A DNA stretch of 49,804 nt from a virus (Duplodnaviria > Caudoviricetes), in IMG/VR virus record IMGVR_UViG_3300023107_000003, positions 1 to 49,804 of that record. One strand, given 5' to 3'. Positions 35,480 to 44,804 of the stretch are shown here, piece by piece. The position numbers were made by a program, and so were the translations under genes. Numbering within the stretch: the first letter of the stretch is position 1; each line of letters opens with the position of its first letter. The notes below the pieces were generated by a model. It saw only the letters and a program-made list of their open reading frames with translations, was not told the origin of the DNA and made no database searches.

Positions 35480-35644
35480 TTAGGGGGTGGTGGTTTCTAC
35501 CGGCTCCTGCTTCGGCTCCAGCACGCTGCGCAGCAATGGCAGCAGGGCGGAGAGTTGGCAGGAGCAGCTGACCCAGCCCACTTTGATGGGCTTGGTGGCA
35601 GGCTGTGGCAGGTTTTCGGGCTGGGGGACTGGCTGGGTCTGCAT
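35480..35644 (-). CDS. Possible small protein, 54 aa
   Basis: MQTQPVPQP...; fills the gap. Confidence 0.35.
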   Translation of the reverse strand: MQTQPVPQPENLPQPATKPIKVGWVSCSCQLSALLPLLRSVLEPKQEPVETTTP

Positions 35645-35806
35645 GCTGGGGAGGCAAAAGGTTAGTGGGAGGGAACGGGCCAACAGCCCCCCGGAGCCCG
35701 CACGTCTGGAGTGCGGGCTCGGGGAAAAGCGTGCCCGGTTGCGCGACCGGGCACTGGGGAGCTGGGGAGCAACAGCCGGCTGGGTAGGCCGGCAGGGTAA
35801 TGGTTA

Positions 35807-36133
35807 CTACTTGTCGGCGGGCTTTTTCCAAGCCTGCCAGTCGAGCTCGCCGCTTTCCTTCTTGCGCAGGAAATAGGTCTGATCGTCTTTTTGCGTTTTA
35901 CCGAAGGTCACGTCGCCGCGGCAGTCGAGGCACTTGACACTGGTGTACTTAAACTTGTCTTGCGCCAGGCGCGAGCTCAGATCCAGGTTGTCCGAGCCGC
36001 ACAGGCCGCAGGCCGGCACGTCGGGGAAGCTGAGCCGGTCATACTCGGCGACCACCTCGTGCAGGTTGGGGCCCTGCACGGTGAAGTGGAACTGCCGGCG
36101 CCCGATGCGCTTGGTAATCATTAACTGGAGCAT
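35807..36133 (-). CDS. Zinc-finger (CxxC...CxxC) phage protein
   Basis: CGLCGSDNL...CLDCRGDVTFG...K...F.RK pattern. Confidence 0.7.
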   Translation of the reverse strand: MLQLMITKRIGRRQFHFTVQGPNLHEVVAEYDRLSFPDVPACGLCGSDNLDLSSRLAQDKFKYTSVKCLDCRGDVTFGKTQKDDQTYFLRKKESGELDWQAWKKPADK

Positions 36134-36385
36134 CTAACAGGCTATTTTGTAGGGGGTACAGTTGAAAAAGTCGTGGGTGAGCTGGCCGCCGTGGCGGACC
36201 AGCTGGTAGCCGTGGAAAAGGCCGTCGGGCTGCTCGATGCGGCCGTCGGCGTCGACCGGCAGCTCGTCGAGCGGCTCGGCGCCGTGGCGGCCGTACCAGG
36301 GATCCCAGATGCGGCCGTCAGGGGCCACGAGGGCCACGTCGCAGCCCTGCTGCAGCGCGGCTAGATTGAAGGCTTGAACGTTCAT
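36134..36385 (-). CDS. Hypothetical protein
   Basis: Stop abuts the next start. Confidence 0.55.
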   Translation of the reverse strand: MNVQAFNLAALQQGCDVALVAPDGRIWDPWYGRHGAEPLDELPVDADGRIEQPDGLFHGYQLVRHGGQLTHDFFNCTPYKIAC

Positions 36386-36410
36386 GTAGAACGGGGAAAG
36401 AGCCGGGCGA

Positions 36411-36854
36411 TTAGTAATTGTCCTCCTCGGGCTGGACTTTCTTACCGCGGCCCTTTTTCGGGGCGGGGGCAGCCGGCTTGCGCTTAAAGCTATTGTAGAG
36501 GCCTTTGCCGGGGTGCTGCTGGTGCTGGTAGTCGTTCATCGTGCGCCAGAGCTCATTGAGTAGCGGCAGCTTATCATCCTGGGTATGGCTGCGCTTGAGC
36601 TCCGACTTAAAGTCGGGGTAGTCGATGTCCTCACCGAGCTGCGCCATGAGCTCCGGCAGGTCGGTTGTGGCAATCAGGATCCGGGCGTAGTAGTCGCGGT
36701 CGGGGGTGAGAATGATTTCCTCGTCGAGGATCTGGGGGAAAGCCTCTCTGAGGGCCTCCAAATCCTTTACGGCGCGCGCCCGGATGGCTACGTTTTTGGG
36801 GTTGGCACTGCTCAGCACGATGCTGAAAAAACCGTGTTTGGTGAACATCCACAT
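36411..36854 (-). CDS. Conserved phage hypothetical protein (MWxFT..GFFS.V...RAR...DY..R...IDY.xFK family)
   Basis: Recognisable recurrent motif set; start MWMFT at 36854. Confidence 0.75.
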   Translation of the reverse strand: MWMFTKHGFFSIVLSSANPKNVAIRARAVKDLEALREAFPQILDEEIILTPDRDYYARILIATTDLPELMAQLGEDIDYPDFKSELKRSHTQDDKLPLLNELWRTMNDYQHQQHPGKGLYNSFKRKPAAPAPKKGRGKKVQPEEDNY

Positions 36855-37058
36855 ACTGTTTGTCTGGTTGGGGTGGTTAAACATGACGCCGCCAGCTGGG
36901 GAGCGGGCGGTCGTGTTCCCGGTAGGCCTCGCTCGCGGTCTGGCGGCGGGGCTTGGGCGTTTTTTTGTCGGCCCTGGGGAGGGGCCGGGGTAAAAGGGTT
37001 TCCATTGGCTGCTGGAAAACCGGGGCCGGGGCTGCGGCCCCAGGCGTTTAATCAGTAA

Positions 37059-37412
37059 TCAAGACCTGGCTTCCGTTGCTCTCTGGCGGGGTGGTGGCGT
37101 CAGGAACCACTTTTTGTGGTCGTCGATGATTTCCTGGGGCTGCAGCAGCGCTTTGCCCAGCGCGTCGAGGGCATTATCGAGCTTCTGTTGCTCAGGGCTC
37201 TGGTCGGCCACAAGCTGCTTTAGCAGGTGGGCGGCCTCCTCTTTGCCCAGCGGGTACCGGGTTTCTCTCCAGGCAGCAGTGATGCCGTCCAGTTCCTGAG
37301 CCAAGCACCCGGTGGTGCAGGGCAGGCGGTTGGCTTCGTTGCCGATGCTTTCGCTGGTGTACTGCTGATACATGATCTTCAGCAGGTGATCAAATGCTTC
37401 GTTTGGGCTCAT
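37059..37412 (-). CDS. Hypothetical protein, paralog of the HD-protein N-terminal domain
   Basis: MSPNEAFxHL...EL..I...WR.T.YP shared with the gene starting at 11123. Confidence 0.7.
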   Translation of the reverse strand: MSPNEAFDHLLKIMYQQYTSESIGNEANRLPCTTGCLAQELDGITAAWRETRYPLGKEEAAHLLKQLVADQSPEQQKLDNALDALGKALLQPQEIIDDHKKWFLTPPPRQRATEARS

Positions 37413-37433
37413 GCGCAAAGCGTTAGAATGGGC

Positions 37434-37715
37434 TAAAACCGCGAATACCCGACGCCTTCGCAGGTTTCGGGTATCTCGTCAGCAGCCGGCTACCATGCCG
37501 GCGGACCTGTCGTGGGCGCTGCCTTTCAGCCTGGGCGCTTTCTTGCCGGGCCAGCTATTTGCTGTCAGCCGTCTGCCCCCCTCGCGGTCGGGGCTGCGGC
37601 GCCTGGTCACGTTGTGCAGTAGGGCGTGCACCCTCCCCGGCTTACTGGCCAGGTCGCAGGGAGCACCGCTAGTGCTCCATCGGCTACGGGACCCGCGAGG
37701 CCCTCCCTACCGATG
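37434..37715 (-). ncRNA. Putative ~280-nt structured RNA or leader
   Basis: Starts just after a consensus promoter; about 8 consecutive stem-loops, three with GNRA loops on the minus strand; no credible ORF. Confidence 0.55.
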
Positions 37716-37718
37716 AAG

Positions 37719-37749
37719 CAAACGTATCTATATTTTTACTTACATACAA
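37719..37749 (-). promoter_or_regulatory. Consensus Bacteroidota promoter driving the accessory island
   Basis: TTG-N20-TACGTTTG on the minus strand in an AT-rich patch. Confidence 0.75.
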
Positions 37750-37772
37750 GAAAAAAGACTATATTTTCTGAC

Positions 37773-38738
37773 TTAATCGACCTTTACGTACTGGCTAAGG
37801 GCCTTTTGAAAGTCTAGTTTCAATTTCAGGAAGTCGCCCGAATTCAGCGGCAGCGGGAAAGTAGGGCCCGCATTGGAGTTAAACTGGGCCTGCAGAATCA
37901 GGTCGATCAGCTGGCCCACCAGCTCCAGCGTGGTTTTGCCCAGCAGTACCGGCTCGGCCGCGTCCTGGCTGCCCAGGTTCACGCCGGCGGCCGTTAGGGC
38001 TATCTGCTGATGCTCGCCCTGGCGGCGCACGCTGAACAGGTCCTTGGCCATGCGCAGCTCGTTGCCCCACTCGTCGGTATAGGTCAGGCCCTGGCCCCGC
38101 TCGTAGGTGAGCAGCATTTGCCCCTGCGCGTCGTCACTGCTGCCGCTGGGCCCCACGCGCAGCGTGAGCTTCTGCCCGGCCTCCAGCTGGCTGCTGCCCT
38201 CACTGCGGTGGCGCGTGTCGCCCTGCACGTAGCTGTCATGCTGAGCGTGCGAGTCCGGATGCAGCAGGCGCAGCGTGAGCTGGCTCTGGCCGGCCCCGTC
38301 GCCGTTGAGGGTAATGGCCAGGCTGCCGGCATCGGCCCGGGCGCGCAGGGCCACGAACGTATTACCCGGGCCGCGCAGCAGCAGCCCGTCTTCGCCCGGG
38401 GCGCCCATGCCGCTCACCTCGTCGGCGCCGAGCAGCGTGGCCACGGCGACCGGCGTGTTGTGGACCGGCAGCGTGGCCAGCATCACGGCCGGGCCCCGCT
38501 CACCTGGTAGCTGGGGCCAGCCGGCCTGGTTGAGCTCGCGCAGCACGTGGCGCGCAACCAGTACGCGGTGGATGAACTCGCCGCGGTCCGTGACCACGCT
38601 CATGCGGCCCGTGTCGAGCACCTGGCGCACGTAGGCGGCCGGATCGTGGCCGGCGGGGATGATCACGTAGGCCACGGCCGCCGCGTCGCGGGTGTCGTCG
38701 GCGAAGGGATAGGTAGGATCTGGGAGGTTCTCGCTCAT
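37773..38738 (-). CDS. Baseplate central spike (gpV/gp5-like)
   Basis: OB-fold-like N-terminus, beta-strand repeats, VNLGSQDAAEPVLLG...GPT.P.PLN C-terminus; follows the hub. Confidence 0.7.
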   Translation of the reverse strand: MSENLPDPTYPFADDTRDAAAVAYVIIPAGHDPAAYVRQVLDTGRMSVVTDRGEFIHRVLVARHVLRELNQAGWPQLPGERGPAVMLATLPVHNTPVAVATLLGADEVSGMGAPGEDGLLLRGPGNTFVALRARADAGSLAITLNGDGAGQSQLTLRLLHPDSHAQHDSYVQGDTRHRSEGSSQLEAGQKLTLRVGPSGSSDDAQGQMLLTYERGQGLTYTDEWGNELRMAKDLFSVRRQGEHQQIALTAAGVNLGSQDAAEPVLLGKTTLELVGQLIDLILQAQFNSNAGPTFPLPLNSGDFLKLKLDFQKALSQYVKVD

Positions 38739-41446
38739 CGGCCGTGGAATTGGCGGCGCTGCAGGAAAAAGCGCAGGTTGGAGCGGTTCACGTGCCAGTT
38801 TTGCTGGGCGCCCAGCGTCACGGCGGGTGGAGCGGTCTGCTCGCGGTTGCGCTCCAGCATCACCACCGGCACGGTCGCATCGACCGGGACCAGGGTGGGG
38901 TGCGGGCCCACGGCCGCGGCATCGATGCGCACCAGGGCCTGGCGCCGGGCGCGGGCCAGCTCGGCGCCGCTGGTGCCGGCGGCCACGAGCTCGGCCAGCG
39001 CCGCGCGCAGGAACGCGGCCCGCCGGCGGCCCAGCTCCACGTCGGTGCCGTGCACGAGCACGCGCACATTTAGGCGCGAGTCGCGGCGCAGCTCACTGGC
39101 CAGCTGCTGCAGCTGCTGCTGGCTGGCGCGCTGCCGGCGCAGGCGCTCAGGATCCGGCAAGTCCACGCCGGCCGTATAGGGCCGGGTGCGGCCGTAGGCC
39201 TGAGCGGGAAACTCGTATTCGGGCTCCCGGACCGGAAAGCTCAGCTCCGGATCGAAGTAAAGCTCCAGGCGGCTGCTCTCGGCCGAGGCGGCGCCCGCGC
39301 CCTGGGGCCGGTCGGTGCTGCTGCGCTGCGCGTGCACGAAGTCCACCAGCTCGAAGTAGCGGTCGAAAATGCTGCTGCCGTCGGTGGCCACGTCATCCAC
39401 CAGGCCCCGGGTGAGCTGCAGCGTGGTGTCGGCCTGCACGCCCTGGTCGGTGATAGCCCATTGCTGGGTAACGCTCTCGATCAGGAAGGCCTCCTTGGTG
39501 CCCAGGTGGCGGATGGCCATGCCGAAGCGCTTGCGACGGTCGAAGCGGGTGCGGACCGTGCCCGAGCGGCTGTAGGGCAGGTAAGCGGTGGTTTCCACCA
39601 GCCATTTCAGATCGGCCGCCGCCTGCTCGTCCAGGTTCTGGGTCTTGAGCTCCTGGCCGGTGCTAACCAGCCCGTCGTAGTTGATGTAGTTGCTCACCAC
39701 CTGGCTGTGGCGGTTGCCGTAGATCTCGGCGAATTCCGGGAAAAAGATGCTGGGCAAGTAGGCCAGGCGCAGGCTGCCCTTGGTGCCGAAGAAGTTGCCG
39801 CGGGGTTCCAGCGTGTACCAGGAATAGCTGGTCTGGTCGGAAAAGCCCAGATCCTGCTCGTAGCAGTTCTGGGGCTCCAGGTGGTAGTCGGGCAGCGTGT
39901 CGGCCGTGGCCAGCAGCAGCCGGTAATCGGCGCGGTTGTGCGGTGGCCGCCGGGCGACGAGGAAATACCGGTCGCCGTAGGTGTCGCCGTAGAACTCCAG
40001 AAAGGGCGCCTGGCATACCTTCTGCAGGTAGCTCAGCAGCGAGCCCTGGGCCGTGGCCAGGCTGGAGTCGACCAGCTTGCGCGGCCGGGCCGTTTCGTCC
40101 ACCACGGCCGTGATGATCTGCCAGATGCCGGCGCCGAGTTCCTGCTTCACCTTGGTGGCGCGGCCGTCGGCCGTGAGCTTGCCCGCCTCGTCGGGGTAAT
40201 AGTAGGAGGTGCGGCGCTTGCCCCAGGAGTCAAACAGTGCATCCGGGGCCAGGGCAATGTGGCTGAGCTGGCCCAGCACAAACTTGATGGCGTCGGCGAC
40301 CGGCAGGTCCTGGAATACCTGCAGCGCGTTGAGCCGGCCGTCGTAGCGGCGCGCGGAGCGGTGGCCGGCCAGCAGCGGGTCGATCTGGTTTTTGAACATG
40401 CCCGACACGTCCACGCCCGAGTACTGGGTGGGTGGGAAATAGTCGCCGTCGTCGATCAGGGTTTTCATCAGGTCGCGGCCCGCCACCGAAATGCTGACCT
40501 GGGCCTCGGGGGAGGTCGTCAGCCGGTTGGTGTCGACCAGGCCCAGCATGTCGAAAATGCGCGGGGAGCCGTCCTCCAGCGTGCCCAGGCGCTCGACGGC
40601 GGGCAGCAGCTCCAGCACGTCGCCGGGCGTTACCAGGCGCTCGGGGTGGGCTTCCTCGAAGCTGATAAAGACCAGGTCATTGCCCTGCAGCAGCTCGTGG
40701 AACAGGTAGCGCGGTTCCTGCAGCACGCCGGTGCCGGCCTCTTCCTGCACCGTCAGGGCCTGGGCCGTGAAATTGATGGTGGTAGCCCCGGGCTCGGCCC
40801 ACGTGTGCAGTGCCTCACGCAGGCCGGCGACCAGGTCGGTTTGCCCGGGAGCCAGCACCAGCGGGGCCAGGCGCAGCGAGAAGTTGCCGCCCTGCCGGCC
40901 CTGGGACGTGGTGCAGCTGACCACGAACGGGGATAGGTTGAGCAGCACGCCCTCCAGCTGGGGCTGGCCCGCCGGCGGGGGCACGTCGCTGGCCAGGCTC
41001 TTGCACCAGGCCCACACCTGGCAGCTCACCTGCTGCACGTCCACGTGCGCGGCCCGGGGCAGCGCGTACTCGGGCCGGGTATAGAGTGGCAGCAGGTAGT
41101 CGCTGAGCACCTGCTGCAGATCATCCTGTTGGTACACGCCCGTGCCCTCGGTGGCGATGTGCTCCTTGTGGAAGGCCCAGACCGGCACGTAGAGCAGCGC
41201 CCCCACGCGCAGCTGCTGGGCCTCCTTGCCGTCGTAGCGGCCGCTGGCGCGCTCGTCGGGGGTGTAGGTGGCCCGCAGCTGCTGGCGGTTGGTGCGGCCG
41301 CTGGCCGGGTCGCGGTAGTTGAGCAGGGCCTCGGCGCTGAGCGGCTTGCCGTCGGCGGCCACCAGGCCGCGCCGGCGGATAAACTCGGCGACGGTGGTCA
41401 CGATGTGCTCATCGTGCACAATGGGGATGTTGGAGCGGGGGGCCAT
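38735..41446 (-). CDS. Baseplate hub (gp27-like) protein with inserted OmpA-like domain
   Basis: Follows the tape measure; FSLRL, GLVD...ISVAGRDLMK.L, PFLEFY and LIESVTQQW...TTLQLTRG hub motifs. Confidence 0.7.
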   Translation of the reverse strand: MAPRSNIPIVHDEHIVTTVAEFIRRRGLVAADGKPLSAEALLNYRDPASGRTNRQQLRATYTPDERASGRYDGKEAQQLRVGALLYVPVWAFHKEHIATEGTGVYQQDDLQQVLSDYLLPLYTRPEYALPRAAHVDVQQVSCQVWAWCKSLASDVPPPAGQPQLEGVLLNLSPFVVSCTTSQGRQGGNFSLRLAPLVLAPGQTDLVAGLREALHTWAEPGATTINFTAQALTVQEEAGTGVLQEPRYLFHELLQGNDLVFISFEEAHPERLVTPGDVLELLPAVERLGTLEDGSPRIFDMLGLVDTNRLTTSPEAQVSISVAGRDLMKTLIDDGDYFPPTQYSGVDVSGMFKNQIDPLLAGHRSARRYDGRLNALQVFQDLPVADAIKFVLGQLSHIALAPDALFDSWGKRRTSYYYPDEAGKLTADGRATKVKQELGAGIWQIITAVVDETARPRKLVDSSLATAQGSLLSYLQKVCQAPFLEFYGDTYGDRYFLVARRPPHNRADYRLLLATADTLPDYHLEPQNCYEQDLGFSDQTSYSWYTLEPRGNFFGTKGSLRLAYLPSIFFPEFAEIYGNRHSQVVSNYINYDGLVSTGQELKTQNLDEQAAADLKWLVETTAYLPYSRSGTVRTRFDRRKRFGMAIRHLGTKEAFLIESVTQQWAITDQGVQADTTLQLTRGLVDDVATDGSSIFDRYFELVDFVHAQRSSTDRPQGAGAASAESSRLELYFDPELSFPVREPEYEFPAQAYGRTRPYTAGVDLPDPERLRRQRASQQQLQQLASELRRDSRLNVRVLVHGTDVELGRRRAAFLRAALAELVAAGTSGAELARARRQALVRIDAAAVGPHPTLVPVDATVPVVMLERNREQTAPPAVTLGAQQNWHVNRSNLRFFLQRRQFHGR

Positions 41447-43816
41447 TTAGTTTCTAGGGCGCGAGCGGGTGGTATTGGTGGTCGCCGGCGGGGCGGGGTG
41501 GTTGGTCACGTGGACCTGCAGCTTGCGGTTGGCCAGCGTGTGGGCAATGTCTGCCAGGTTCTTGTTCATGGTCCGCTGCATGTCCTTCTGGCCGGCCGTG
41601 CCCTCGTGCTCGACGATGTCGGCGTTGGTTTTGAGCACCTGCCGGTTTTCGGCCTGCACCTGGCCCGCCGGGCGCAGATCCAGGCCGGCCAGCTTGGCCA
41701 TGCCGACCAGGGCGTCTTTGCCGTCCAGGCCCAGAATCTGGAGCTTGTTTACCAGCATCGTGTCGAGCTTCTGCAGGTCGCCGGTCTGGTCGATGGCGCG
41801 GCCCTGGAAGGCGGCCGAGCCGTATTTGGCGGCAAAGTCCTTGTCCGAGCCCACGCCCTGCATGGCGCCGGCGCCGGCCTGAGCCAGCTGCTCGGTGGTG
41901 CGCAGATCGAAGCCCGTGTAGGCCGACAAGTCCATCCGGAAGCGCTTGTCATTCTGGCCGCCGTTTTTCTTCAGCAGGAAATTGTAGATGCGCTTGTAGT
42001 TCTCGCCCCCGTCGAAGATGCCGGCCTCCTGCCGTTTCTGCACGTCGTAGAGGTCGTCGCCGGGCTGGGCCAGGGCCCGGAACGTGGCGGCCTGGGCGTA
42101 CTCATTGCCCGGATTGGCAATAGCCTTATCCAGCTGCTGGAGCTTGCCGTTACCGGTCGAGCCGCTGAACATGCCGCCCACGGCCTCGCCGGCGGCGACC
42201 AGGCGTGCGGACCGGGCCGGATCGGCCTTGGCAAACCGGTCTTTCTGCATGTCCGTCAGGCTCTGGGCCCGCTGGAAGCTCTCGGCCAGGCGCGTGGTAT
42301 CGAACAGGCCCTTGTCGCGGACGTTGATCAGCCCCGAATTCTGGAAAATGGAGAGCATCTGGGCGATGTTGCCCTCCATCGAGCCCTTCAGCCGGTAGGA
42401 CTCGGAGCCAATCGAGCTCATCGCGCCGGCGTCCATGCCGAAGGCCCGCTCGTAGGTGAGCTGGGCGGTGGCACGGTTCTCCAGCCCCCGGGCGCTCCCT
42501 GAGCTCAGGGCAATGCTGCGGGCGTAGTCGCGGAACTCGCTTAGGCTCATGGCCAGCGACTCCACCACGCTGCGCGCGTCGCCAGCCCCGCCGGCGCCGC
42601 CGGCCTGGTACTGCACGCCGGTGCCAAAGGTGCGGTTGTTGGTGCCCGTGCCAGCCACGCCGGCCAGGCGGTTGGTCGAGCCCTCCAGCTCCTTGCCCCG
42701 GGGCAGCGTCAGGCTGGCCAGCGAGGCCGTGGCAATGGCGGCAGCCGCAATGGTGGCCCCGGCAATCTTTGCCGGGTCGACCGTGGCAATCTCCCGCGTG
42801 GCGCCGGCCACCTGGATGCCGGCGCCCAGGGTCTGGCCGATGGCCCCGCCCATGGCGCCGCCCACGCCCAGCAGGGCGCGCTGCACGCTGTTGCCGATGC
42901 TGTCGGCCAGCTGGCGCTGGCCCGCGTCGCGGCTGGTGCCGCCCTCGGCCTTATCGATTTCCTTCTGCTTTGCCTGCAGGGCCTTGCGGGCCTCGGGCAG
43001 GTCGGACTCGCTGGCCCGGCCCAGGCGGGCTTTGAGCACGTCTTCCTCCAGGCGCAGCTTCTCCAGGTGGCCCAGCTGCCGGGTGCTGGGGACTGCCTCG
43101 CCCGGTTCCACCTCGCCGCGCTCGATGCGGCCGGCCAGGTCCGCAAAGGCCCGGATGTGCTCGGCGAATTCGACCAGGCCTTCGTTGGCACCCTGCAGCG
43201 TGCGCTCGTAGTCTTCCTGCTCCCGCACGGACTGCTCCAGGGCCTTGCGCGTCAGGCTCGGCTTGCCCTGCTCTTCTTCCCGGGCGCCCTCGATCTTGCC
43301 CAGGTGGCCGTCGCGCCACTCGTCGAGCTTGCCCTGCTGGGTGGCCATCCACTTCTCTACGACCCGGGGCGTGCCCTGCCCACCCTTGGCCTGGTAGGCC
43401 GCCTCCATTTCCGCCCCGCGCGAGGCGATGCGGTCCTGGTGCTTGTCGTAGTTTTCCTGCACCCAGGCCTTGCGCTTGAGGTATTCCTCGGCGCGCTTTT
43501 CCTCCTGGTTCTGCAGGCGCTGCTCCAGGCCCGCACGCCGGCCGGCCAGCTGCTCGCGCCGGGCCGGGGCGTCGGCGTTGAGCTCGCGCACGGTGCGCTG
43601 CTGCTGCTGCTGGTGCTGGCGCAGCGCGCCCATGTCGGCCCGGCTGCGGGCCGGGTCAAGCTGCAGCCCGCTGGAGGCGCGGACCACATCCAGCGTATTC
43701 TGCAGCGTGGCGGCCGTGTTGGCTCGTACCCGCTGGCCCTGCCGCTCGGCGTCGGTCAGGGCCTGATTGAGCTGGCTCTGCCCGCCGATGTTGATGTTAA
43801 TGCGTGCGTCTGGCAT
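41447..43816 (-). CDS. Tape measure protein
   Basis: Long helical Ala/Gln/Gly-rich protein after the tube and chaperones. Confidence 0.75.
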   Translation of the reverse strand: MPDARININIGGQSQLNQALTDAERQGQRVRANTAATLQNTLDVVRASSGLQLDPARSRADMGALRQHQQQQQRTVRELNADAPARREQLAGRRAGLEQRLQNQEEKRAEEYLKRKAWVQENYDKHQDRIASRGAEMEAAYQAKGGQGTPRVVEKWMATQQGKLDEWRDGHLGKIEGAREEEQGKPSLTRKALEQSVREQEDYERTLQGANEGLVEFAEHIRAFADLAGRIERGEVEPGEAVPSTRQLGHLEKLRLEEDVLKARLGRASESDLPEARKALQAKQKEIDKAEGGTSRDAGQRQLADSIGNSVQRALLGVGGAMGGAIGQTLGAGIQVAGATREIATVDPAKIAGATIAAAAIATASLASLTLPRGKELEGSTNRLAGVAGTGTNNRTFGTGVQYQAGGAGGAGDARSVVESLAMSLSEFRDYARSIALSSGSARGLENRATAQLTYERAFGMDAGAMSSIGSESYRLKGSMEGNIAQMLSIFQNSGLINVRDKGLFDTTRLAESFQRAQSLTDMQKDRFAKADPARSARLVAAGEAVGGMFSGSTGNGKLQQLDKAIANPGNEYAQAATFRALAQPGDDLYDVQKRQEAGIFDGGENYKRIYNFLLKKNGGQNDKRFRMDLSAYTGFDLRTTEQLAQAGAGAMQGVGSDKDFAAKYGSAAFQGRAIDQTGDLQKLDTMLVNKLQILGLDGKDALVGMAKLAGLDLRPAGQVQAENRQVLKTNADIVEHEGTAGQKDMQRTMNKNLADIAHTLANRKLQVHVTNHPAPPATTNTTRSRPRN

Positions 43817-43872
43817 GTGCGTGCTGTAATTTTACAACAGTGATTTCCCCGTTTGGGGGCCGTTTGGGGCGT

Positions 43873-44256
43873 TTATGGGGTGCTGTTCGGTAGAATTACA
43901 TCACTTTCAGCGGGCACCGGATCACTGAAGCGGTCCAGCTCCAGCGCCTCGAATTCCTGCTCAATCTCCTCCCGGCTCATGGGCACGACGACCGTACCCG
44001 GGGCGTGCATGAGCGGCTTGCCGGCCAGCTCGTCCGGGGTGAGCGACCTGGCATCGGCCGGCAGCGCGCGCAGGCGTACCAGCAGGTTGTGCTGCTCAAA
44101 CTCGGCGCGCACGCTGCGCAGGTCCGTAGCCCTGTGTTGCGGGGAAAACAAAGGCAGGTGGTACCGCTCCCGGTACCAGTAGTCGGCCGGGAACCGCATC
44201 AGCCAGGCTTCCACCAGCGCGAGCTGGTCGCCGATGGGCAGTACGGGCAGGCGCAT
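43873..44256 (-). CDS. Tail assembly chaperone-like protein 2
   Basis: Between chaperone 1 and the tape measure. Confidence 0.5.
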   Translation of the reverse strand: MRLPVLPIGDQLALVEAWLMRFPADYWYRERYHLPLFSPQHRATDLRSVRAEFEQHNLLVRLRALPADARSLTPDELAGKPLMHAPGTVVVPMSREEIEQEFEALELDRFSDPVPAESDVILPNSTP

Positions 44257-44724
44257 TTAGAGCTGCGCGATAGGGGCCGCCGCCTCTGGCTGCTTGTCAT
44301 TGTACTGGTCCAGGTCGCTGAGGTCCGTTTGCGGATCCTTGGCCGGGGCTTTGGGCTGCGGGGTGAGGATCTTGGCCTCCTCGAGCAGTGGGCGCAGCTG
44401 GGGCCAGTACCAGGGCAGAAACTGATCCTTATAGACCGAAACGATCTGGTTGGCCTTCTGAATCGGGATATCCAGGTAGGAGTTGAAGGAGAGGTCGCGG
44501 CCCAGGCCCGGGCAGAGCACCTGCAGGTGCGCCACGGCATCGACTATATCCAGGGCCCAGATGGCGCCCACGGTGCCGGCGCTGAGCAGCTGGTTGTAAT
44601 TGTTGGCGCTCAGGCTGAGCTTGAGGGACTCAATGTCCAGGTACTGGCCGATGTTGGGGAAATACACCGACTGGGAGATGGGGGCGTCGCCTTCTTTGGC
44701 GGCCGGAAACTTGAGAATGAGCAC
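44257..44724 (-). CDS. Tail assembly chaperone-like protein 1
   Basis: FPNIGQYLDIESLK..LS pattern; position after the tube. Confidence 0.6.
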   Translation of the reverse strand: MLILKFPAAKEGDAPISQSVYFPNIGQYLDIESLKLSLSANNYNQLLSAGTVGAIWALDIVDAVAHLQVLCPGLGRDLSFNSYLDIPIQKANQIVSVYKDQFLPWYWPQLRPLLEEAKILTPQPKAPAKDPQTDLSDLDQYNDKQPEAAAPIAQL

Positions 44725-44804
44725 GTGTGGGGTGGTGGAGCATATCGGGCGTTTTTTGAGCGCCCGGCTGGGGAGGCCGGGGCGGGGTGCTTTGAAGGTA
44801 GGAA

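Noticed and set aside
37445-37485. Hammerhead-like CUGACGA...GAAA...GUC on the minus strand
   Set aside because: Stems I and II cannot form; the segment pairs better as the gatacccga/tcgggtatt hairpin
43873-44724. Programmed frameshift between the tail chaperones
   Set aside because: The two ORFs abut as TAA-ATG and I found no clear slippery heptamer
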